Positions 25,727 through 32,000 of a DNA stretch of 32,000 bases are shown piece after piece (within the stretch, counting starts at the first letter, position 1; each line of letters opens with the position of its first letter). A program made the position numbers and the translations under genes. Under the pieces are notes generated by a model. It had not been told where the DNA came from and did no database searches. It saw nothing but the letters and a program-made list of their open reading frames with translations. Source of the DNA: Breznakia sp. PF5-3. GTDB lineage: Bacteria; Bacillota_I; Bacilli_A; Erysipelotrichales; Erysipelotrichaceae. The DNA lies in contig NZ_JAQFIQ010000021.1 of the NCBI RefSeq assembly GCF_029504745.1, forward strand, positions 1-32,000. The letters are read 5' to 3'.

Positions 25727-26398
25727 ATGTTAGATACAGAAAGCTTGTTTAAAAACAAAAAGATGAATATCGAAGCATTGCTTACCTATGGATTTAAAAA
25801 GCATAACGAAGCATATGTTTATAAATCAAGCTTAGGAGAAGAACAGTTTGATATGATTGTTACAATTACAAAAACAGGTGAAGTATTAAGTGAGGTAATT
25901 GATGTAGCGACAGATGAAACCTACATACTTCATCTTTTAAAATCTGCACAAGGATCTTTTGTAAGTGCTATTCGTGAAGAGTATGTAGCAAAACTTAGTG
26001 AAGTTGCAGAGTGTTGTTTTGATATGGATGTTTTCAAAAGTGAATATGCAAAGCAAGTTATTCAATATGCTAAAGAAACGTATCAGGATGAATTGGAATT
26101 TTTGTGGAAGAAAACCCCAAATAATGCAATTCTTCGTCGTAAAGAAACAAATCAATGGTATGCGGCATTATTAACAATAAAGAAATCAAAATTAGGAATT
26201 ATGGAAGATGGATTGATAGAAGTTATTGATCTTCGATATAATCCAGAAGAACTTGTAACTTTAATAGATAATAAACGATATTTTCCTGGGTATCATATGA
26301 ATAAAAAACATTGGTATACGATTTGCTTAGATGGATCTGTTCCAATTGAAGAAATATATCAGCGTATCGATAAAAGTTATGTATTAGCAAATAAGTAA
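25727..26398 (+). CDS. MmcQ/YjbR-family protein
   Basis: The C-terminal half (ILRRKETNQWYAALL...RYFPGYHMNKKHWYTICLDGSVP) matches the YjbR/MmcQ fold signature. Confidence 0.7.
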   Translation: MLDTESLFKNKKMNIEALLTYGFKKHNEAYVYKSSLGEEQFDMIVTITKTGEVLSEVIDVATDETYILHLLKSAQGSFVSAIREEYVAKLSEVAECCFDMDVFKSEYAKQVIQYAKETYQDELEFLWKKTPNNAILRRKETNQWYAALLTIKKSKLGIMEDGLIEVIDLRYNPEELVTLIDNKRYFPGYHMNKKHWYTICLDGSVPIEEIYQRIDKSYVLANK

Positions 26399-26435
26399 GA
26401 AAAAGGTGGAGAAGTTGATAAACTCTTTGTATCTC

Positions 26436-26517
26436 TAAATAAAATAGTACCTAAACCATAAGGCTTAAGTACTATTTTTTTAAAATGGTGGTCCTGATCG
26501 GAATCGAACCAACGACA
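26436..26517. repeat. Diverged duplicate of the terminator plus the 3' 32 nt of tRNA-Phe (att-like remnant)
   Basis: 26486..26517 (tggtggtcctgatcggaatcgaaccaacgaca) matches the 3' end of tRNA-Phe at 29642..29673 with 2 mismatches. The upstream hairpin (26440..26480) is homologous to 29592..29637. Confidence 0.8.
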
Positions 26518-26611
26518 TAACTTGAAAATAAACCAACTATAGAAGTGATTGAAGACTTAATTATGAAAATGTATTTATGTATATAAATCCACCATATTTA
26601 TTGAATACTAG

Positions 26612-26833
26612 GGCAGAAAACAATATAAACACGAAATGACAAAAGTTGACCACATTGATTTGTTAAAAGTCATATTAAAAAGTAATGCAAAAACAATGAT
26701 CAGTGGTTATACCAATGAACTATATAATTCCTTTTTAAAAGACTGGTATCGAATTGAATTTGATTCTTGTGCTGAATTTGGTAAAAAGAGAATCGAGGTT
26801 ATTTAGTGGAATTATCCAATTGATGAACAATGA
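26612..26833 (+). pseudogene. Remnant of a D12-class (Dam-like) DNA adenine methyltransferase, C-terminal ~70 codons with an in-frame stop
   Basis: The translation ...HIDLLKVILKSNAKTMISGYTNELYNSFLKDWYRIEFDSCAEFGKKRIEVI*WNYPIDEQ matches the C-terminal end pattern of Dam-type enzymes (..SGY...LY....W........KR.EV.W.NY). The N-terminal catalytic part is absent, and TAG at 26804 interrupts the frame. Confidence 0.6.
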
Positions 26834-26879
26834 AATTATTTTAGGAGGAATAGAAAATAAAAAAAGACTAATCATAGTC

Positions 26880-27296
26880 TTAAAAAACGTTTCCTTTCTT
26901 AGTGAGTTTCATTTTCTGTTTATCTGTATTTTGATTGTAATTAGCTAAATAACCTATTAACCTTTTTCGGATTATTAGATCTCGAAATAACAATGCAGAG
27001 AATGCAAATGCAAAAAGTAATGCAATAGTTAGAATCATTTCTAGTAAAGTGGTTGAAATACTAGTTTGTATTAAATTATTGAGAAAAAGAAAAATTGGTA
27101 CAAAAATCAAAACCGTTAAACAAACTATAACAAAGTAATCAACTTTATTTATAGCGATTCTGCTTTTTTTACCACAATGAGGGCATTCCTTATTTCCCTT
27201 GACTTTCTTAACGCGATTTTTCACATAGCTTAAAGCAATGTGATTACCACAATGGGGACATGTGAAGTATAATTCATCATTATTTAAATCAGACAT
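26880..27296 (-). CDS. Hypothetical zinc-ribbon membrane protein (138 aa)
   Basis: CPHCGN...CPHCGK zinc ribbon followed by two TM helices and a basic tail. ggaga-N6-ATG at 27296. Confidence 0.6.
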   Translation of the reverse strand: MSDLNNDELYFTCPHCGNHIALSYVKNRVKKVKGNKECPHCGKKSRIAINKVDYFVIVCLTVLIFVPIFLFLNNLIQTSISTTLLEMILTIALLFAFAFSALLFRDLIIRKRLIGYLANYNQNTDKQKMKLTKKGNVF

Positions 27297-27630
27297 ATGA
27301 TATCTCCTTATATGCAAGAATTATAGCATAATAGAAATAAAGAAAGTAGAGGAATAGGAAAAGAAAAGGATATTAGAAAAAGTAAATGGTGGTTAGGATG
27401 TTCTTAAAATAAAGCTTGATAGTAGAGGTTGGACAAAATAGGTTGCATATGCACATATAGAGAATAAAGCTCCATATGTCTACAGAGGAAGCTTTAATTA
27501 CTTTGAAAACAAATGCTGGAAAATATATGGATAAATGGCTATGTTATGTTTTAATATATGAAGTAAAAGACTAAAAAGACTTACTCTCATAATTGTTGAG
27601 GGTAGTTTTTTTTGAATGTTCAATATATTC

Positions 27631-27660
27631 TTGTTTTTTGGATTAATAATACCGTATAAT
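27631..27660 (+). promoter_or_regulatory. Candidate promoter TTGTTT-N18-TATAAT for the surface protein gene
   Basis: A perfect -10 lies at 27655..27660, 36 nt upstream of the ATG. Confidence 0.4.
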
Positions 27661-27696
27661 TAATATGCATAATACAAAAAGAAAGGATATAATATT

Positions 27697-28710
27697 ATGA
27701 AAAAAAGAATAATGATTATGTTTTCTGCTTTTTTGGTTTTTACATTAGTGCTTACAATGAATAGTGCTACTTTGAGCGCAAGTAACCAAAATGTTTATGA
27801 ATTCGCAGGGGGAAAGTTTACTCTGGAACGGTTTGATATAGTTGAAACTGATACAGAAATAATTGTGACTGAAATAGCAAAATTAGAAGTAGAAGACGGT
27901 TTGGAAATTGGAGAAAGATTCAATTTTCTTAGTGGATATTTGCCCAAAAATGGATTATTCACTCAAAGGATGCCGAGAATTACACTAATATACAATGATA
28001 TAATTGTCCTGGATTGTGACAACACAAATACGTATGTTAATAAGCTTTATGATTATGGTTACTCTAATGGTGCAGCAATAAATGGTAATGTGGAGAGCTA
28101 TGGATGGTGTTTAAATAGAGATGGAAAATTAAAATCTGGAATATATAAAAAAACATATACTTATAGCAAAGATTATTTTAGTAGGAATCAATTTGATAAT
28201 TTAGTATCATGTGTTTCAAATGGCTTTGATGTGGTAAAAACAGAAGGAATTAAATACACTTCTCCAAACGCAGGTAGCTTTACACCAGATATGACAATCA
28301 ATCATGTCAATGGAGATACTTATACAGGTGAACAACCATATATAACTAGTGTTAATTATGATAAAGATTTATTTAGTAATGTATTGATTGATGGTGAAGT
28401 GGTAGATTCATCAAACTATGAAGTTACATTGGGAAGTACAGTGGTAACTTTTAAGGATGAATATATGAAATCATTACCTTATGGGGAACATAATATAGCA
28501 ATTCAATATTCAAATGGTTTAGCAGCAGAAGGAGCATTCAACATGAATTATATAGTTCCAAAGCCTGCACCAACTCCAACACCTAATAAAGCATCAGGAA
28601 AAGATGCTCCAGAAACTAATGATACATCAAATGCAAAACTTATGATTTCGTTGTTATTAGTAGCAGGGTTGATTAGTATAAATACTATAAAAAGAAAAAT
28701 AGAACAATAA
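27697..28710 (+). CDS. Secreted surface protein with Ig-like C-terminal domain and a sortase-signal-like tail (APETN + TM + RKRK)
   Basis: Signal peptide MKKRIMIMFSAFLVFTLVLTMNSATLSA. The domain IDGEVVDSSNYEVTLGSTVVTFKDEYMKSLPYGEHNIAIQYSNG is common in Firmicute wall proteins. A Pro-rich linker PKPAPTPTP follows, then the tail APETNDTSNAKLMISLLLVAGLISINTIKRKIEQ. Confidence 0.8.
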   Translation: MKKRIMIMFSAFLVFTLVLTMNSATLSASNQNVYEFAGGKFTLERFDIVETDTEIIVTEIAKLEVEDGLEIGERFNFLSGYLPKNGLFTQRMPRITLIYNDIIVLDCDNTNTYVNKLYDYGYSNGAAINGNVESYGWCLNRDGKLKSGIYKKTYTYSKDYFSRNQFDNLVSCVSNGFDVVKTEGIKYTSPNAGSFTPDMTINHVNGDTYTGEQPYITSVNYDKDLFSNVLIDGEVVDSSNYEVTLGSTVVTFKDEYMKSLPYGEHNIAIQYSNGLAAEGAFNMNYIVPKPAPTPTPNKASGKDAPETNDTSNAKLMISLLLVAGLISINTIKRKIEQ

Positions 28711-28711
28711 T

Positions 28712-28737
28712 AAAAGCTACTCATTCGTAGCTTTTTT
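28712..28737 (+). terminator. Rho-independent terminator
   Basis: aaagctac-tcattc-gtagcttt followed by TTTT. Confidence 0.7.
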
Positions 28738-28957
28738 ATTTACTTCCTTTTAAAAGCCCTACTGTATGATCTCCTTTAGGTTTTACTCCACTTAGTTTTC
28801 CAAAAATTCCATCAATTTGCAGATTTTTCCATAGGCGCTACCAAATGTCACGTTTCACCGACTATTTTTACACAAATGTATAAAAAGATGATATATTATA
28901 ACTATTAAATGATAGATGTAGCCATATAGGATTTGATAAAAAGAAAAGAAGGAAAAA

Positions 28958-29219
28958 ATGAAAAAACTTAAAATTAATTCATACTCAAAAAAAGATATTC
29001 AGGAGGCACAGCAACTTATGTTGTAACTTTAACTAGATCTGCTATGGGAAGTATCCAGATAAAGTAGATTATACTTTTACTTATAAAACAACGGATAGCG
29101 GAACTCCATTCTCTGTAGGTGGAGACAATGACTCAAATATACTTGTTACAGTAAGCGAGGGTGAGCCATATGATATTGTAGAATTTGGTGTTCCACAAAG
29201 TAACATGATATTGGAATAG
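28958..29219 (+). pseudogene. Frameshifted remnant of a small secreted/Ig-like protein
   Basis: Three consecutive frame fragments: MKKLKINSYSKKDIQ.., ..GGTATYVVTLTRSAMG.., ..KYPDKVDYTFTYKTTDSGTPFSVGGDNDSNILVTVSEGEPYDIVEFGVPQ. No single frame remains open. Confidence 0.45.
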
Positions 29220-29258
29220 AATAGAAATAGTAATAGAATTTTGAAAAGAGGAATATTT

Positions 29259-29390
29259 ATGAAAAATCAGAAATTTTCAAATAAAATGAATCAATTGAAT
29301 AATGATAATAAGTCTTATGCACTTGGCAGATTACTAATTACATTAGGGATCATCATAGTAATTTTTATCATATGGTTGTTTACTAATTAG
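29259..29390 (+). CDS. Possible 43-aa single-TM peptide
   Basis: gagg-N8-ATG; MKNQKFSNKMNQLNNDNKSYALGRLLITLGIIIVIFIIWLFTN. It is short and lies within a decayed region. Confidence 0.3.
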   Translation: MKNQKFSNKMNQLNNDNKSYALGRLLITLGIIIVIFIIWLFTN

Positions 29391-29591
29391 AGAATATTTT
29401 AGGATTTCTTTTCTATATATTATGTATACTATTGAGGTGATAATATATACGATATATTGATAGACTTGAGCGATGGCAATATATCATATGAAGAGGCGTT
29501 TGAAATCATTATTGATGCGATTTGTTTTGACGACATTTATGTGATAAAACATGATAAAAATTTAGAAATTAACAATTCTATTAGATAAATA

Positions 29592-29637
29592 AAAAAAGTG
29601 TTTAAACCTTTAAATTAAGGATTAAGCACTATTTTTT
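29592..29637. terminator. Terminator of the tRNA operon (bidirectional hairpin)
   Basis: aaaaagtgtttaaacctt-taaatt-aaggattaagcactatttttt lies immediately 3' of tRNA-Phe on the minus strand. Confidence 0.65.
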
Positions 29638-29641
29638 CAAA

Positions 29642-29717
29642 TGGTGGTCCCGGTCGGAATCGAACCAACGACACAAGGATTTTCAGTCCTTTGCTCTACC
29701 GACTGAGCTACGGGACC
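29642..29717 (-). tRNA. tRNA-Phe (GAA), CCA encoded
   Basis: The reverse complement GGTCCCGTAGCTCAGTCGGTAGAGCAAAGGACTGAAAATCCTTGTGTCGTTGGTTCGATTCCGACCGGGACCACCA folds as a cloverleaf with anticodon loop CTGAAAA. Confidence 0.93.
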
Positions 29718-29720
29718 ATT

Positions 29721-29797
<77 letters not shown>

Positions 29798-29823
29798 ATA
29801 AATGGTATACTAAATTTTAAGAA

Positions 29824-29914
29824 TGGCGGAGGAACTGGGATTCGAACCCAGGCGCCAGTTTCCCGACCTACCGGTTTTCAAGACCGGACCCTTCAGCCAC
29901 TTGGGTATTCCTCC
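29824..29914 (-). tRNA. tRNA-Ser (UGA), long variable arm
   Basis: GGAGGAATACCCAAGTGGCTGAAGGGTCCGGTCTTGAAAACCGG...: 91 nt, anticodon loop CTTGAAA. Confidence 0.9.
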
Positions 29915-29934
29915 AAATAGATTCTTTTTTTAAA

Positions 29935-30011
29935 TGGTGGACCCTACAGGACTCGAACCTGTGACCCACCGGTTATGAGCCGGATGCTCTGACCAACTGA
30001 GCTAAGGGTCC
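29935..30011 (-). tRNA. tRNA with CAU anticodon, probably tRNA-Ile2 (lysidine-modified)
   Basis: GGACCCTTAGCTCAGTTGGTCAGAGCATCCGGCTCATAACCGG... has C4/C5 in the acceptor stem and resembles Bacillus tRNA-Ile(CAU). The Ile2 versus Met assignment is an inference. Confidence 0.75.
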
Positions 30012-30031
30012 AGCTTAAGCATTAAATAAAA

Positions 30032-30108
30032 TGGTGGCTGAAGTGAGACTCGAACTCACGACCTTCCGGGTATGAACCGGATGCTCTAGCCAGCTAAGCT
30101 ACCCAGCC
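30032..30108 (-). tRNA. Elongator tRNA-Met (CAU)
   Basis: GGCTGGGTAGCTTAGCTGGCTAGAGCATCCGGTTCATACCCGGAAGG... has the anticodon loop TTCATAC seen in Firmicute elongator Met. Confidence 0.8.
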
Positions 30109-30118
30109 AAAATTTTAA

Positions 30119-30195
30119 TGGTCGGGAAGACAGGATTCGAACCTGCGACCCCCTGGTCCCAAACCAGGTGCACTACCAAGCTGTGCTACTTCCCG
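30119..30195 (-). tRNA. tRNA-Pro (UGG)
   Basis: CGGGAAGTAGCACAGCTTGGTAGTGCACCTGGTTTGGGACCAGG... with anticodon TGG. Confidence 0.92.
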
Positions 30196-30214
30196 AATAC
30201 TCTAAATAAATAAA

Positions 30215-30291
<77 letters not shown>

Positions 30292-30322
30292 ATTAATAAC
30301 ATGCTCTTTACAGCGCTTTATC

Positions 30323-30351
30323 ATAATATCAAACTTCCATGTGCTTTGCAA
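30323..30351 (-). promoter_or_regulatory. Promoter of the tRNA operon (TTGCAA-N17-TATTAT on the minus strand)
   Basis: The -35 is at 30346..30351 and the -10 at 30323..30328, ~30 nt upstream of tRNA-Arg. Confidence 0.6.
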
Positions 30352-30440
30352 GTCTTTTTTCGATAAAAACAAGGAAAATTATACTTCTTTCATTGATATT
30401 TTTGCTTTCTTCAATTACACTTAAAAGCAGAGGATGATAT

Positions 30441-31334
30441 ATGAAACATGTATTTATAATTAACCCAATTGCAGGGAAGCGTAATCAAAGCGTTGCATTG
30501 AGTGGTGAAATTAAAAAAGTTTTTAAAGATTGTGAATATTATATTGAATTAACTAAGCAAGAACATCATGCTACAGAGATTGCAAAGCAATACGCCTCTG
30601 AAGGTGAGGATGTTCGTTTTTATGCTTGTGGCGGAGATGGAACACTTCACGAAGTGTTAAATGGAATGTACGAGTATCCAAATGCAAGTTTAGCTATTAT
30701 TCCAATCGGGACAGGAAATGATTTTATAAAATATTTTGATGCATATACACATGAAGATTTTTTAGATTTAAAAGCTATTAAAGATGGGTATTTGATGAAA
30801 AGTGACCTTTTGAAATGTAATAAGCGTGTATGTATGAATATTGCTTCAGTAGGGTTTGATGCTCAAGTTGTACAAAAGGTTGCAAAATTCAAGCGAGTTC
30901 CTTTCGTTAATGGGAAAATGGCATATCTTTTAGCTGTATTCAATAGTTTTTTTTCTTCTATGAAATTTAAGCACAGTTTGCAAATTGATGATGAATATAT
31001 ACCAGAACAAAACTATATATTTGTTGTGGCTGCGAATGGACGCTATTATGGTGGTGGATTCAATCCCACCCCAGATGCAACGATTGATGATGGATGTATG
31101 GATGTATTAACCATTACTTCATTGCCCCGTTATCGAGTTATGGGGTTAATTAGTACTTATAAGGCTGGCGAACATATGAAATATGATTTTGCTTATCATC
31201 GACAATGTAAGAAAATAAAAATTATAGGAGAGAAAGCCGTTGCATTAAATATGGATGGGGAAACGACATTGGAAAAAGATCCTGAAATTTATGTAATACC
31301 AAAAGCTTTGAATCTTATATTACCAAAAAAATAA
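30441..31334 (+). CDS. Diacylglycerol kinase-family lipid kinase (DagK/YegS-like)
   Basis: IINPIAGK and the catalytic-domain motif ACGGDGTLHEV, plus PIGTGNDF. Size is 297 aa. Confidence 0.88.
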   Translation: MKHVFIINPIAGKRNQSVALSGEIKKVFKDCEYYIELTKQEHHATEIAKQYASEGEDVRFYACGGDGTLHEVLNGMYEYPNASLAIIPIGTGNDFIKYFDAYTHEDFLDLKAIKDGYLMKSDLLKCNKRVCMNIASVGFDAQVVQKVAKFKRVPFVNGKMAYLLAVFNSFFSSMKFKHSLQIDDEYIPEQNYIFVVAANGRYYGGGFNPTPDATIDDGCMDVLTITSLPRYRVMGLISTYKAGEHMKYDFAYHRQCKKIKIIGEKAVALNMDGETTLEKDPEIYVIPKALNLILPKK

Positions 31335-31348
31335 TATCCGCAAGGATA

Positions 31349-32000
31349 TTATTTTCGTATTGTTCCATCTCCATATACAAGATATTTATAGGATGTTAAT
31401 GCGGTTAGTCCCATAGGACCACGGGCATGAATTTTTTGTGTAGAGATTCCAATTTCTGCTCCAAAACCAAACTCTTCACCATCTGAGAAACGACTAGAAG
31501 CATTTTCGTACACAACTGCACTATCTACTTGATTCAAGAATTTTTCTGCACGCTTCTTATCTTCCGTAATAATAACATCGGAATGATGTGTTCCATAATG
31601 ATTAATATGTGAGATAGCGTCGTCTAATGAAGAAACAACTTTCACAGATATTTCCATAGCAAGATACTCTTTTCCATAATCTTCTTCATCTGCTAGTAAA
31701 ATACTATCGTCATATGAAGTAGTTAAAGCATCTCCATGAATTAACACCTGATTTGCTTTTAAGTTCTCAATTAACAGTGGTAAAAAGTTAGCTTGTATAT
31801 CGTTGTGAACTAAAACACTTTCACAGGTATTACAAACACTGATTCGTTGACACTTTGCATTGATAATAATATCAATTGCTTTTTTGAAGTCAGCATCTTT
31901 GTCAACATATACATGACAATTTCCAGTTCCTGTTTCAATAATAGGAACACTTGCATTTTCAACTGTTGCTTTGATAAGGTTTGCTCCACCTCGAGGAATT
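31349..32000 (-). CDS. proA: Gamma-glutamyl phosphate reductase, C-terminal ~216 aa (the gene continues beyond the window)
   Basis: The frame is open to nt 31999 (IPRGGANLIKATVENASVPIIETGTGNCHVYVDKDAD...AKCQRISVCNTCESVLVH...HHSDVIITED...NASSRFSDGEEFGFGAEIGISTQKIHARGPMGL). The ORF-track start at 31747 is internal. Confidence 0.92.
   Translation of the reverse strand, partial: IPRGGANLIKATVENASVPIIETGTGNCHVYVDKDADFKKAIDIIINAKCQRISVCNTCESVLVHNDIQANFLPLLIENLKANQVLIHGDALTTSYDDSILLADEEDYGKEYLAMEISVKVVSSLDDAISHINHYGTHHSDVIITEDKKRAEKFLNQVDSAVVYENASSRFSDGEEFGFGAEIGISTQKIHARGPMGLTALTSYKYLVYGDGTIRK

Noticed and set aside
26754-26948. Plus-strand ORF of 64 aa.
   Set aside because: It starts inside the methyltransferase remnant in another frame and overlaps the 3' end of the better-supported minus-strand zinc-ribbon membrane protein gene.
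28941-28952. The 12-mer aaagaaaagaag, also found in both repeat-associated terminators (12170.., 17730..), was considered as a third copy of the repeat.
   Set aside because: It is a purine-rich, low-complexity match with none of the adjacent repeat core (no gtgtgtgtttataagg, hairpin or palindrome). It is probably chance in A-rich DNA.
26518-29641. An intact prophage or integrative element at tRNA-Phe.
   Set aside because: No integrase, excisionase, replication or structural genes are present. Only a methyltransferase remnant and degraded fragments remain, so this is reported as a decayed islet rather than a mobile element.

Overview
This is an AT-rich chromosomal segment from a low-GC Gram-positive bacterium (Bacillota); a finer taxonomic call cannot be made from the sequence alone. 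From left to right the window contains: (1) the 3' part of an IS256-family element, abutting a complete ISL3-family element on the opposite strand. (2) A 1563-aa secreted protein built from about 16 tandem Ig-like modules of roughly 84-95 aa. It ends in a dockerin-like double Ca-binding repeat rather than an LPXTG anchor. (3) A compact poly(glycerol-phosphate) wall teichoic acid cluster: tagG, tagH, tagD, two TagB/TagF-family genes and a coupled lipoprotein. (4) nrdA-nrdB (class Ia ribonucleotide reductase), mutY and a NUDIX gene, bracketed by two co-linear direct repeats of about 140 bp. (5) degV. (6) A tightly coupled four-gene minus-strand operon: a membrane-anchored RbsB-like binding protein, a multi-TM HisKA_3 kinase, a LuxR-type response regulator and a family-1 solute-binding protein, with no transporter genes. 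(7) Several small genes: a membrane protein, a DUF2082-like zinc ribbon protein, an EamA transporter, a 111-aa unknown and a YjbR/MmcQ-like protein. (8) A roughly 3 kb decayed islet between a 3' fragment of tRNA-Phe and the intact tRNA-Phe. It carries a DNA methyltransferase remnant, a zinc-ribbon membrane protein, a surface protein with an APETN sorting-like signal, and frameshifted fragments. (9) A seven-gene tRNA operon on the minus strand: Arg, Pro, Met, Ile2(CAU), Ser, fMet, Phe. (10) A DagK-family lipid kinase and the 3' part of proA. I found no CRISPR array, integrase, recognisable defence system or rRNA. The observations most worth follow-up are the repeat-bracketed nrdAB-mutY-NUDIX block (its palindromic core is inverted between the two copies), the dockerin-ended repeat adhesin beside the teichoic acid genes, the transporter-less dual-binding-protein two-component operon, and the tRNA-Phe islet.
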